Assembly: GCF_006345805.1 (NCBI RefSeq)
Contig: NC_042997.1
Span: forward strand, 64,976,001-65,040,000
Direction: 5' to 3'
DNA: 64,000 nucleotides
Origin: Octopus sinensis
Lineage: Eukaryota
The translations under genes were made by a program, and so were the position numbers. The notes under the pieces were generated by a model. The model ran no database searches. It was not told the DNA's origin and saw only the letters and a program-made list of their open reading frames with translations. Positions 38,526-51,398 of the stretch are shown one piece after another (the first letter of the stretch is position 1; the number at the start of each line of letters is the position of its first letter).

Positions 38526-38690
38526 TGCATTCATTCATTCATTCATTCATTCATTCATTCAAGGCACTGCCAGGAATTGTAGTCGCAAACTTGGAGTTAG
38601 TAGCCAGCGGCCTTAAGCATTGCGCAATATGCCCGTAGGTATTAGCGTAATGGTTAAGACCGCGGGCTAGTGACCCCAAAATTGTGAGTC
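38300..38690 (-). mobile_element. tRNA-headed retroposon with a hammerhead-bearing tail and an inverted second tRNA-like head
   Basis: Minus-strand tRNA-like head 38634-38561, (GAAT)n/(TAA)n spacer, HHR at 38353-38394, TA-rich 3' junction; plus-strand tRNA-like copy at 38638-38690. Confidence 0.7.
38353..38394 (-). ncRNA. Minimal hammerhead ribozyme
   Basis: Minus: cac-CUGAUGA-a-ggcu(ugaguguaaauc)agcc-GAAA-c-GUU-gug. Confidence 0.82.
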
Positions 38691-38907
38691 TAACAAGAAG
38701 AAGAATCTACAGCATTCCTCATCCCCAAAATATAGAATATGATTATATATATATATTATATATATAGATATATATATATATATATAGTATATATACACAT
38801 ATATATCCATATATGTATCTATATATATATATTATATATATATAAGCATACCTGCAAACACATACATAAAACATAAACATGCACATACATATACACGGAC
38901 ATACACA

Positions 38908-38947
<40 letters not shown>

Positions 38948-39002
38948 ATATATATAATATATATATATACATATACATATATATATCTATCTATCTATAT
39001 AT

Positions 39003-39037
<35 letters not shown>

Positions 39038-39209
39038 TATACATACACTCACACAAATACGTAAAATACACACAATATATACACATCCACCCAAACAGAA
39101 AGCAAAATAACACAAAGGTGCATGCAAAATGCACGAAAGAAAAGCATGTATAAAAAGCATATAGAAATCCATATATATATATATACAGATATATATATAC
39201 GGGTGTGTG

Positions 39210-40927
39210 TGATTGTGTATAGAAGAATATATTAATAAAAGGTATTCCAACCTTGTCTGATTTTCACGTTTTATTTACAATCTTATAATGATATAATATA
39301 AGATAATATATTAAAATAAAATGAAATAAAATAAAATAATAGAATGTTAAATGTTCATTCTGATTGAACAAGTACTTTCATGCATTAAATTCTGCAATCT
39401 TCAGGTTCATGTAGTAGTGGTGACAGTCATGATTCACAATTTTTTACTGTAGTGAGATGAATAAATCTGTGCCTTAAATACAGCTGTGTAGGCTCCAGAT
39501 TGCTAGGCTTTGCAAACTGTATTCTGACCAATCAGTGTGTAGTATCACTCAATTACTTAAGCTGATTGATTGGTTTGGGCGTCATGCTTTGTTGAACATG
39601 TCAAGAGTCCTGTATCTTAACCCTGGCCGAGGCAGCAATTGTTGGGCTATTTTTAGAAATGTAAATAGTTGTCAGAGATTTTTATATTTTTATATTTCAT
39701 TTGTCATCATCATCATTGTCAGCACTTTAATTATTGTTGCTAGTGGTGATGGTGGTGGCAATAGAACTTTTAACCCTAAATAAGATAATTTTCCTGCTAT
39801 CTAAGTATTATTATTATTGCTTATTTAGCTTGGGTTCGAATTTATCAATAAAATTCTTTTCTCTGATTTTCCTCTCGATTTCACTTGGGCTGTGTAATTT
39901 GTAGAATGGAAATATTATATATATTTTCCGACCACATGTGCTAGGTGTTACTCAAAGGTACCTGACGGACCTCTGGTCTCTAATCTGTTGTCAGTATCCA
40001 CGTGAGCGTTCTGATAGTGCATTTCCCGTCTGACCTACATATATTTCTTCACAATTTGGGCATTTGATGCAGTAAATTAAATTTCTGCTTTTGCAGTTCA
40101 TATTCGCGTTTGTGAATATTTTCCTGGTTTTTGTGTTTATATATTGGCCGGTATGTATGAATTGGCATGTGCCACATCGACTATCATTGCATTTAGATAC
40201 AGTGAATGTTTGGTCTTTGTTGCTAAGGTCAAATTTTGCCTTTGTTAGTAATTTTTACTAAAAACCATAGATCGATCCGTGATTATGTCTTTTAATTCAT
40301 TACTTTGAGCAATGATTGGTAGGTTTGCTTTGGCAATGTTGAAGATATTCTGGTGACATGGGTTGTGTTTCACTATGAATGATATGACTTGTTCTTGTTT
40401 TCTTCTTCCTTGGGTTGTCCTAAGTTGTTGTATGGGTATTTTTATAGCCCGCTGTATGCCATTTTCTATAAGTAGAGATGGGTATTTTTGTTTGAGCAAA
40501 CATTCTCTTAGTTCTGTTAGGCGTTTGTTCCTGATATTTGCATCTTCTATAATGGTACAAATTCTTCTGGCTAGGCAGTATGGGATGTTGCGTTTTGTAT
40601 GTGGTGGATGGCACGACTTAAAATTTAGGTATTGATGTGTGTCTGTGTGTTTATAGTATATATCTGTGGTGATGGGGGTGTCTTTTTTAATTACCATTAT
40701 ATCTAGGAATGGTAATTTGGTACTACCTATCTCCTTTGTAAATTGGAGAGATGGGTGTTGGTTGTTCAGGAGGATATTGAACTGTTCCAGTGTATTTAGA
40801 GATTCTGTTCCGATTATGAAGCAGTCGTCAAGGTATCTCTTCCATGCCTTTTCAATATACTTTCTAAATCCAGTGCCATAGTTTACCTCAACCTCTTGGT
40901 AGAGTTGTTGTTCTAAGTATCCCATTA
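39210..40927 (-). mobile_element. Penelope-like element, 5'-truncated (RT C-half, GIY-YIG, 3' repeat with HHR)
   Basis: ORF 40245-40925 WKRYLDDCF, LPFLDIMV, TDIYYKHTDTHQYLNFKSCHP; then SKCNDSRCGTC and NLIYCIKCPNCEEIYVGQT. Confidence 0.93.
39365..39409 (-). ncRNA. Minimal hammerhead ribozyme in the PLE 3' repeat
   Basis: Minus: ugaac-CUGAAGA-uugca(gaauuuaa)ugcau-GAAA-gua-CUU-guuca; 5-bp stem I, palindromic stem III AGUACU. Confidence 0.82.
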
Positions 40928-41700
40928 CAGAGTTTGGACATATGTTTAGAAGAGATAACTCTTTCGTCTCTCGAATTTAAGAGAGAACCGTTCATTTTCA
41001 TAATTATATAAGACTCTTTAAGGCGTAAAAGACACGTGTCATTTCTAATCCTTTAAGAGTGGATAGAAGAAATAATATTCCATGAAATTGAGAAATTTAT
41101 GTTGTCTCTTTTAAATTGCCATACCTTTTTGGATAAACTAGTACTACTTTTTTTCCGAGTATCATTAAAAGATGATTTATGATTATTCAAGCGTAATTTA
41201 AGAGGGGTCTGCGTGCAACCTATATGATGAAACCTAGAGAGATCATGTGTTGTTATAGTAGCTTTGTATAATTTTTCATTTTACAATTACGTTTAATCTC
41301 ACAGGTGTTAGGGTTTCTACAGTTACAATTGTTACTAATATTAGGCGTACTATTGTTATGTGTATGTTTATTGATAGAGGAAGAGTTGGTGTGAGTATGG
41401 GAATCATTGGTAGAAGATACAGAGCTATTTGAATAATTCGGGTTAGCATAAGTATTAGAGGGAGTTAAATTCTTGTACTAAACATTTAGTTTTCTAATGT
41501 TAAAGGAAAAAAATACTCCAAAATAAGTTAGAAGAAACAGAAAAGTCAAATCCAATCATTTTGTTATTGAATATTCCAGCATACCTAGATTTACTAAAAT
41601 TTGTGTTGTTAAGTTCTCTTTGGTTTTGTATCTACATGTATGTATATTTTACCTTAATATTGTAACTTATTTCAAACCTCGTATAAAATATATATATATA
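40928..41700 (-). mobile_element. Second PLE type, GIY-YIG relic (Cys-rich, Naiad-like pattern)
   Basis: NCNCRNPNTC..NC / YKATI..HIGCTQTPLKLRLNNHKSSF..STSLSKKVWQFK..ISWNII..CLLRLKESYII..LLNSRDE; clade name is inferred. Confidence 0.75.
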
Positions 41701-42281
41701 CGTAAACTTTTTCGTTTTTCAGTATTAATGTGTATTTGTATAACCGTTATGAGAAAAAGAGATATGAGTACATTTAGGTGTTAACAAGTTCATTGTAAAA
41801 ATGCTGTTTATACATATTGCACTGAAGGGTTTGCATTATTTTTATATCTCTGTGCGAAACGATCGTCTATACGTATCAAATTTTTTTTTCATTTATTTTA
41901 ACAAATTCTCTTCATTTTTATGTAAATTGTTGAGTTTTATGGCACTTTTATCCATAAATTCACTGCACAACGTATTTGTGTATATATGCATATGTATATA
42001 TATATATATAATATATATATATTATATATATATATATAAATTAACAATTGAGGATAAAATCTTTAAAAGAAATTATCAGTAGTCAGCGTGAAAAACCTCG
42101 TAAGAGAAAAAATCCGTAAATTCTTCCTCTTTGAAAATATTCATTTATATTATATTGAGGGTACTACTATTCGTAGATACCACACGCTAAGAGGGACCAA
42201 TGCGGTCAAAACTACTAAAAATAAACAAAATTTTTTACCGAATGCAAAACTTCAAAACACATCATTTTAAAAAATAATTCA

Positions 42282-42345
42282 GTTATATATCACATGTGAT
42301 TTCGCATCTAATGCAGAATATGCATTTCATGTTCGTCAGTGCAAC
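42282..42345 (-). ncRNA. Hammerhead ribozyme, unit 1
   Basis: Minus: guugca-CUGACGA-acau..augca(uauuc)ugcau..augc-GAAA-ucacaugug-AUA-uauaac (one stem I mismatch). Confidence 0.75.
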
Positions 42346-42778
42346 AAACTCAAGAAATATAAGAAAAAACATAACATTACAAACTCGATAGCCAACCGTA
42401 GAATTCGTTGTAGCATGTACGAATGTTTATCCTTACATATCTATGAAAATGGCGGGCTTTTTCGCAATGCATTTCGGTTTACAAATTGCCTAGTCGGAAT
42501 AAAAATTCAGTATTGAACTATTCCGGTGAAAAATATAAATTAACAATTGAGGATAAAATCTTTAAAAGAAATTATCAGTAATCAGCGTGAAAAACCTAGT
42601 AAGAGAAAAAATCCGCAAATTCTTCCTCTTTGACAATATTCATTTATATTATATTGAGGGTACTACTATTCGTAGATACCACACGCTAAGAGGGACCAAT
42701 GCGGTCAAAACTACTAAAAATAAACAAAATTTTACCGAATGCAAAGCTTCAAAACACATCATTTTAAAAAAGAATTCA

Positions 42779-42842
42779 GTTACATATCACATGTGATTTC
42801 GCATTTAATGCAGAATATGCATTTCATGTTCGTCAGTGCAAC
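42779..42842 (-). ncRNA. Hammerhead ribozyme, unit 2
   Basis: As unit 1 but with full stem I guugca/uguaac; palindromic stem III AUCACAUGUGAU. Confidence 0.8.
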
Positions 42843-43133
42843 AAACTCAAGAAATATAAGAAAAAATATAACATTACAAACTCGATAGCCAACCGTAGAA
42901 TTCGTCGTAGTATGTACGAATGTTTATCCTTACATATCTATGAAAATGGCGGGCTTTTTCGCAATGCATTTCGGTAACAAATTGCCTAGTCGGAATAAAA
43001 AATAGAAATCGGAATAAAAATTAAAATAAAAATTAAAATAAAAATAAAAGATAAAAATAAAAATAAATTTTTAGTAGTTTTGACCGCATTGGTCCCTCTT
43101 AGCGTGTGGTATCTACGAATAGTAGTACCCTCA

Positions 43134-43181
<48 letters not shown>

Positions 43182-43897
43182 AGTGTGTATGTATGTATAT
43201 AAATGTATATGTATATATGTGTTTATATATATATGTACGCACACACAACTACACGCACATAAGACACGCACGCACATACATACATACACATACACACACA
43301 AATGAACACACATACATCCCATACACACGGCACACAATTATACATACATATATACACACATACGCACGTAAAAGCACACACGTACACATACACTAAGTAC
43401 AGCACAGTTATTCGCCACACCCAAACACTACGCATACACACACGAACACACACATACACACACACATACTACAAACAAAACACACACACAATACATATAC
43501 ATACACACACACCACACATACTTCAAAGTACTGTTCTGTGGCAGGGACAAAAAACACCACTCCTTATTGTTACAAACTAGCCAGCCTTACTACTAGCCTG
43601 TTGTTTAAAGCTACAACCACACACACATACACACACACACGCGCACACACACACACGTCCATCATTGCACACATACGCACACACATGCACACGCAGCCCT
43701 CCGCGCACGCACACATCCACACTTACACACACATTCCCCCTCCTAACATTCTGCTGTCTTTGACTATACTATTCTTCTGTCTTTGAAAACATCTTTCTTC
43801 ACCCTTTCCCTTCCGGTCTTTCAAAATGTGACCTTGTGTGTACCGTTGGCGATTTTTTTCCTCTGTCTTCCTTTCTCTGGATCTTTCCTTCTCCTAT

Positions 43898-43932
43898 GTC
43901 TTCGATGAAGAGCTCCGCTCGAAACGTTAGAC
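43898..43932 (+). ncRNA. Minimal hammerhead-like motif (core UCGAUGA), in a repeat at ~43500-44030 ending in (TA)n
   Basis: gucu-UCGAUGA-a-gagc(ucc)gcuc-GAAA-c-GUU-agac. Confidence 0.68.
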
Positions 43933-44081
43933 CCTCCTTCTTTCCTTCTTTCTTAAGCGTCCAATAATACTATATTTGTTCCACGTCCTCGCGTTGTTGT
44001 TTTTTTTGTGTTTTCTTGTTTGGATTAACTATATATATTATATATATATATAATATATATACTACATATATATATATATAC

Positions 44082-44148
<67 letters not shown>

Positions 44149-44175
44149 ATATATATATTATTATATATATATATA

Positions 44176-45130
44176 TGAAAAACATGTCAAGATAGAAAAT
44201 GCTAAATTAATTTAATAAAGAACATTTCAGTACCGGTTTCGGTCATTTGAGACCTTTTCATATGTAACTATTAAATAATTAAATTTAGAAAAATTAAAAA
44301 AAAGTTTTTTTAAAAGAATATTTGTATAGTGTTCAAATATAAGTGGCATTTTCCTTGTTTCTGCCTTTCTCTCTCTCTCTCTCTCTCTTGTTTACTCTTG
44401 TGGGTTCAAGGTCCATATGAATTCTTGGTAGGGAAGAAGAAGAAGAAGAAGAAGAAGAAGAAGAAGAAGAAGAAGAAGAAGAAGGAGGAGGAGGAGGAGG
44501 AGAAGGAGGAAGGGGAGAAAGGGGGAAAAATTTGGGATTGCCTTGATTGTCGTTGGTCAGTGGTGGCTAGCAGTTCCTGCTGTTCAATTCATGAAAATAT
44601 TTCTATTGAAAGGTTTGTTTATAGAATTTGCGTAGGTGTTATACTAAAAAGCATCAGTGATAAAGTTAGGAAGAAGAGGGGGGAGAAGAAGAAGAAGAAG
44701 AAGAAGAAGAAGAAGAAGAAGAAGAAGAAGAAGAAGAAGAAGAAGAAGAAGAAGAGGAGAATATGAATGCGTGGAAGTAGTGGGATGTTGGATGACTTAA
44801 AGTTGGCATGTTGTGGGTTATAGCTGTGATGGGGGTTGATTTTTAATGGATTCTTAGGAATGTAATATTTACGTGTATATTTGTGTTTTATTCTAAAGCT
44901 GAGGTGGATATATCGTTTGTCGTAGATTCGTTCAGATGGGGCCTGTATTTTGTAATAAAGAGAGTTTCTTTACTTATTTGTTGGCTCGAGGTTGTATCGT
45001 TCCTGAATTGGTAGAGGGGTAAAATCCTGAGTTTTGGAGTTTTGTTGTTGGCACAAATATCTATGTGTTGGCTGAATGCTATTTTTCTGTTTTGGAGAAT
45101 TTTTTCTGGGATCTGTGCCGAGCCATTCTT
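44176..45130 (-). mobile_element. Penelope-like element 3' end (GIY-YIG C-terminus and 3' repeat with a decayed HHR at 44228-44264)
   Basis: HIDICANNKTPKLRILPLYQF...SKETLFITKYRPHLN; 3' repeat homologous to 33140-33372; internal (AAG)n; ends in (TA)n. Confidence 0.8.
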
Positions 45131-46400
45131 TTATGTCTGTAATTCCTGCTGTAGGTGTGCAACTTCGCTGGGGTTCTGTATTTTCTGCGAGACTTTTATA
45201 TCATCTGCGTCGCTAGCGAGGGTGGCTATTCGGACAACTGAGGGCATATCTGAGAGGGCCACAATGAAAAGCAGTGTTCCCAAGACAGTGTTTTGTGGAA
45301 GACCACTCACTATTCTTGTTTTCTTTGAAGTGTCACTATTGGCCATTACAGCTTGACTTCTATCTTTCAGAAAGTCATGTAAACACTCTCCAAGTTTTCA
45401 AGCTATGCCAAGATCAAGGTTTGTGACATATCATACCATCATCCATTTTATCAAAAACTTTTGGAAAGTCAAGGTATGTTATGTCCACATTTGAGTTGAG
45501 TAACTGCCTCAACACCCAGTCATAGTACTGTAAGATTTGGGTCAGGTAGCTCTTACCTGGTCGAAATCCATGCTGGGTATCAGTAAGCTATTTACTACAA
45601 GGAATGCGATTAGTTTTCCTCTGACTATCCGTTCTATGACTTTGCTGGTGTGTGAACTCAGAGAGATAGGCCTATAGCTTTTGGCATCTGCCCTGCTTTC
45701 TCTTTTATGGACTGGGCATATCATTCCCTCCTTCAGTTTACTTGGCAGCCTGCCACTTGCAAGAAAGTTATGGAAGAGAATCTGTAGACGTTTTGCCAGG
45801 GCACGCTTACACGATTTGAGGATTACTGGAAAACCATCAGGATCATCAGTTGAGTTTGCGTCCACGTCACCTATGGCTAATAGTGTATCTTCCTTGCTAA
45901 TGTCGAGGTAATCCATCGTAACTGCCTCGTTGGTTATAAGTGAAGCGGCAACGAAATCCACTCGTTCGTTCTCTTGTCTGTGTTCCAACGTAGTAGTAAA
46001 GTCACTTTTGAACTGGTCATTCAGTGCCTCATTGATCCTAGTTGGACTGTCTGTGAGGGAGCCATCCTTTTAGCAGAGGGGTGATATTTTGCAGCGCACT
46101 GAGGCTGTTGTTTGGTATGATGAAAGAAGGCCTCTGGATTTGACGTAATGTTTCTTTATAACCTAGGTTTCTTTGTCTGCTCTGTGTGTGTGTCTCTCTC
46201 ACACACACACACATAGAATTGTTGCAGGCTTTTATCAATCTCCATCAGTGTTGTTTTTAGGCGGGACCTTTCACTACTTTTAGAATATTGTTTGAAGCGA
46301 TTTGCAACATTCATCTGTCGTCTCATGAGGATCTTCCTCTCCTTTGGAATCTTGCTCCTTTTTGTGTTGGCCTTGTGCTCTGGCATATAGTTTGCATTTC
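45131..46400 (-). mobile_element. CR1-group LINE RT relic
   Basis: DPDGFPVILKSC..ICPVHKRESRADAKSYRPISLSSHTSKVIERIV, YLDFPKVFDK, SGLPQNTVLGTLLF, DADDIKV. Confidence 0.88.
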
Positions 46401-46486
46401 TGGCATATAGTTTGCATAATAATGGAATTAATATTTAGTGTTTTTTACCCGTGTTATTTAAATTTATATATACATACTGTCGTCAC

Positions 46487-46725
46487 GCCAATATTTTTAC
46501 TAAATATTGGGGGTCTGTTTCATTACAACACCAACAGTAAAAAAGTTTTCCTGAGAATCCTTGTTGCATGCAAGCAAGCCATATGCATTCTACTTCTGGA
46601 AACTTATCTGAACCCTGATATAGTCGATGCAGAAGTACACGTACCGAAATATATCATACTGCAAACAGACAGAAGGGAAAGGAGCCATGGTGAACTGGAT
46701 TTATACCAAAGTATCAGACAAGAGT
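46487..46725 (+). mobile_element. APE endonuclease N-terminal fragment, inverted relative to the adjacent RT
   Basis: LLNIGGL..KKVFL..ICILLLETYLNPDIVDAEVHVPKYIILQTDRRERSHG matches APE motifs NxxGL, xTETWL and RxDR..GG. Confidence 0.75.
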
Positions 46726-47529
46726 AAAAGGATTTAACGATGATCATGTAGAAGGTATGGAGGAGGGAAATATCATTATTGTTATGGCGGAGATAAAACC
46801 CAGGCCGCAGCAACAGAGTTTACCCGCCACACTTCTCAGTCCAACATCACTGCCGCGACGTCCTATATTTATACTCCGTGACAGTATCTGCGATCAAGTT
46901 GTCGGTATAAGTGTGATGACGTTTTACTTTCTTACATCACTATTAAGTGGATTCAACAAGACTAATTCGGATGCTTCCAGTTCAGCGCAAAAGAACAGGA
47001 ACGCAAATAATGTGTAATGAAGATAAATTAACATGATATATCGAATTAAATATGAAATATAAGAATAGAAAAGTCTTGGAGAATGTATATAATAATATGT
47101 GAAATCTACTCTGATTTGATGGTTTTAAGCATGTACAAAATGATAATACTTGCAAATTTTGGTACAATGATTAAATCATGCCAGCCTTGGTGCTCAACTA
47201 GCACTCATTTTATTCCCCGTGACATAGGCACACTTGATGACATTGGCTGAATGGGAACTCAAAAATTAAAATCGGAGATCGGAGTAAACATTGGTAAATA
47301 TTTTCTACATCATTCTAATAAGTTTTCACATACATTAACAAGAATAACATAATAGATTAAATACCATTAGTACTAACAATAGTAATTAGACAATGAGCGG
47401 GTGAAAACGAATAAACGGTACCTAAATGGAAACTATATAAAAAATTGAGGTGAAAACTAGATACATTTGACAGATTCAACAAACGACTTTATAAAGAATA
47501 CCTAGTAGGACGTCAGTGATGAAGAAGAT

Positions 47530-47870
47530 GAAAGGTTCCGGATTTAGTCCCACTACGTGGTAACTTGGGCAACTATTTTCAACTATAGCCTCGGCCCGAT
47601 AAAAGCCTTGTATGAGGATTTGGTAGTTGGAAATTGAACGAAGTATGTCATATATGAGTGAGTGTGTGTGCGTATGTGTGTTTGTGTGTGTGTTCGTATC
47701 TTTGTGTCTCCATTTCTCACCCAACCATATCTTGAGAACCGATGGTGGTACGTTCATGTCTCTCTAATCTAGCGGTTTGGCAAAAGTTACCGATAGAATA
47801 ATAACTAGGCTTACAAATAATAAGTCCTGGGATCCATTTCTTCGACGAAAAAAACGGCTAGCGGTCAATC
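47530..47870 (+). mobile_element. tRNA-derived SINE, family B (5'-truncated)
   Basis: ggttccggatttagtcccactacgtgg...ccgatagaata..ctaggcttacaaa. Confidence 0.8.
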
Positions 47871-47945
47871 GAGGCATGTATATATATATATAATATATAT
47901 ATATTATATATATATATATATATATACATATATATATACCTATAT

Positions 47946-48026
<81 letters not shown>

Positions 48027-48075
48027 TACATATATATACATATATATGTATATATGCATATATATATATATCTAC

Positions 48076-48167
<92 letters not shown>

Positions 48168-48214
48168 TATATATACATACACAGAAAAGAAGAGACAGAT
48201 ATATAAACTGATAG

Positions 48215-48410
48215 TCTTAAATATCGCTTTCAAATCTGAGCACAAGCTCAGTAGGATCGGAATAATTAGTAAATCGATTAGCTCGACCCCAGTACTTGTT
48301 TCATTGACTCCGAAATGATGAAACGCAAAGTCGACCATGGCGTAATTTAAACTCACGGTGTAAGTACGGACAAAATGCAGCTAAGCATTTCATCCGCACT
48401 ACCTTAATAA
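48215..48410 (-). mobile_element. tRNA-derived SINE, family A (decayed)
   Basis: tcgaccccagtac...gatgaaacgcaaagtcgacc...aatttaaactca. Confidence 0.7.
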
Positions 48411-49575
48411 ATTTAAATATTGATTCATAAAAATGCAAAGTTACGGGCATGGTTGTATGGCTTCTAAATATTAGTAACTTTAACTCAGGTTGATCCTACT
48501 GTGCGTTACTGTGAGCTAGTTTATTCTCTTACAACCCCAGGTCGACGAATGTATAGATATACACATCCATACATGTGTATGTCTGTCAGTGTGTTTATAT
48601 ATATTAGGGGTATGATACAGTTACATAGGCACGCAGCTTTTTATGTCAAAGTTAAAAGGTACGTCACGAAAATCACATCAAAACGTTGCCACGTGAATAA
48701 ATTCTGCTTGGACAATTACGTAACATGATTGATCACATAGTAATATATAAATGTAAATATTTGAATATAGATGAAACAGAAATCATTGAACGCATGGATA
48801 CACTCGATGTCAAATATTAATAGCACTACCTATAATCTTCAACGTCTGTGTAAGACATTAATGTCTACAAAATTAATAAATGTTCATTTCAGTTTTGTAA
48901 AAATTATTCCGCAACTATATTTCGCGACTATTTTTATAGCTTATTTTATGTTTGTGTGGCAGAAGAGCTCGTTTGTGTATCATGTGGTCAAATGTTTTGA
49001 CCATTCTGTAGCAATAAAGAGAAAAGTTTCTTCAGAGAACCTCAACGTGACACGTTTCTCCTGAAGTAAATTTGTAGTAGCCAACTTTGATTTAAATAAT
49101 CAATTGCACCTGTTACAGTGTAGTTCATATAAACCGCTGCGTAGTTTAAACTATTTCATGAACTGTGGCTATGCCCATACATTTACAAGTACTAAAAAAC
49201 AAGCTTCGATTCAAAGCATGACAGATAAAACAATGATTTATACAGAGGATTCTCTGATATTCGGAAGTTTTCAAAATATCGTAAATCCTGTGCTCATTTC
49301 TATGGCAAAACTAATAATATGGTCGAAAAACAAATTTTCCGTAAACACGTACGTACTGAAAAATATAGGCGCATTCATATTCCTGCTTGTATATATTATC
49401 AATGCAACTTGCTTGAGACCCCACCAAGCTGAACAATATTGTTGATAATGAGTCGAAATTGTTGTGACATTGGGTTGATAACAAATGAGCAGTTGTCATA
49501 ACGACGTCTTTTGCGTGTATGTTTTCCTGTTTCTATGTCTCTTCGTCGTCTATTTTATACTAATACTATTTATAT

Positions 49576-50510
49576 AGAGTGGTATCAAAGAGTTCCTGGA
49601 CTAGTTATGTTTAATATAAAATATCTTATTTACCTATGTTTTCACAGCATTTCCTTCGAAATAGTCATCTTGCGCAGCACTACACCGGTCCGAGGGTCCA
49701 TGACACACATGGAATCCGGCCTGAAAGTCGTTTTGCGTAAGCGAGTGGGGGCCTTCTCCGAATCATTCTGGATCTCGACAATGGTGTTGAAATGACAATT
49801 TTTGAGCTACATATTGGGGGATAAGAAGAAAGTCCGCAAGTGAATAAAGCAGATGCGGAAGCGATATAGTGCGATTTTGGCGAAAAACTCAGGAGTGAGG
49901 AGAGCTCGGTGGCAGAATTCATTGTTGACGTGAAGAATCCAATTCTTCGCACTCCACAAATCCCGTCGCTTTTGCCGTATGTCCTTCTCTCAAACGCTTC
50001 AAAACGTCGAAGTAGAATTCTTGATTGACGGTCTGGCCCTGGTGGACGAATTCTCTTGTGCAATACATCATGACAGACCTCGACGCGATGTACTTTCTGC
50101 ACAGGGGACTGCAGGCGTGGGACAAACTTGGCATAGACATGCCGCATGTTCACTTTAAACAACACCAGCAATGTCATTGATTATCCTCCGACGATCCTCA
50201 TGCACAAGCGGATGAATGTTTTTCACATTCCCGGGGTTGACACTTGTGTTAGGTCTTTCAAATTGCATATTGTCATCCAGGGACGTTCTTGCACTTTTAA
50301 AATGCCCGTTTCTTTCGTAATATTGCAACGGCTCATTGCCACGTCGCCATAAACTTGCCGAAGAATACTCAATGCCACAAGTTTAAAGGATATTTTCACG
50401 GTACCATATTGCAATGGGAGCAGTTTTGAAGATATAAACCCCGTTTCTTTGTACGCTAATTCCATAGTACACAATGCAATCATCAGCTGCATGTTAACGT
50501 CATCGTTCGG
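49576..50510 (-). mobile_element. Mariner-type DNA transposon relic
   Basis: HVYAKFVPRL (WVPHEL-like), EFVHQGQTVNQEFYFDVLKRLRE; TIR-like gagtggtatcaaagagttcctggactagt at the left end. Confidence 0.85.
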
Positions 50511-51296
50511 TTCGTTCTTTATGGATATGAATGATTGTGGTTGTATACAAGTGATTCTCACCCATTTGGATATCAAAGTGTGGGGATGGCTCCCTGAAGT
50601 TTGACTCTTGAATGTGGAACTTGAGAATATAACTTCTATATGCAAGAACCTGAGAATTTATCTTGTATGTGCATTCTAGTCAGACGCACTCAAGCATGAA
50701 ATTGATCAGACATCGTCGCGCGCGCACACACTCACACATGCTCATACACCCACACGTACAGATACAATTGCACATTCATAAATACATAAACGTATGCGTG
50801 TTTATATATAATATACATATATATATATATGTGTGTCTCTACCTATCTGTATATGTATATATATATACATATATGTATGTGTGTGTTTTCTACACACACA
50901 TACATACTCGTACCTACATTTACAAGTATACATATGTATATGCGTGTCCATTTCTACCTGTGTGTTTAAGGGAAAATCGATCGTTATGCGGCTAACAACA
51001 TTTCGAAATATTATATTGAAAGAAACAAGGTTTCAATCATATCAAAATGTTGCCACAATATAAAGTACGCTTGTAGCCGGACAATTAGGAAATCGATACA
51101 AAACCTGACTGATCAAGCAGTGAAATAGTAACATATACTTGACTAAAGATCTGATAGAAATAATAAAATGCATGGATAATCTTGATGTCAAGTATCGAAT
51201 AGCAATGCTTCTAAAAAATATCCGTGTGAGAGAAACATTTCTGCAACAACGTATGTCATTATAATTATTAAAACTTGCCCTCTGAAATATACAGAT

Positions 51297-51327
<31 letters not shown>

Positions 51328-51398
51328 ACCATAATAGATCGCTAGCCACTACACTTTCTTTATTTTCTCTCCTTTCATCTCTGTTTTTTTCTCTATTC

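Larger units (their letters stand above)
42036..43142 (-). mobile_element. Tandem ~499-bp dimer with one HHR per unit, plus a terminal inverted segment (pseudo-LTR or retrozyme-like)
   Basis: ttaacaattgaggataaaatc at 42041 and 42540; inverted copy of 42146-42222 at 43067-43142; (TA)n on both flanks. Confidence 0.85.

Noticed and set aside
40928-41340. Selenocysteine-encoding PLE endonuclease
   Set aside because: Manual translation shows no in-frame TGA at Cys positions; the only stop is TAA
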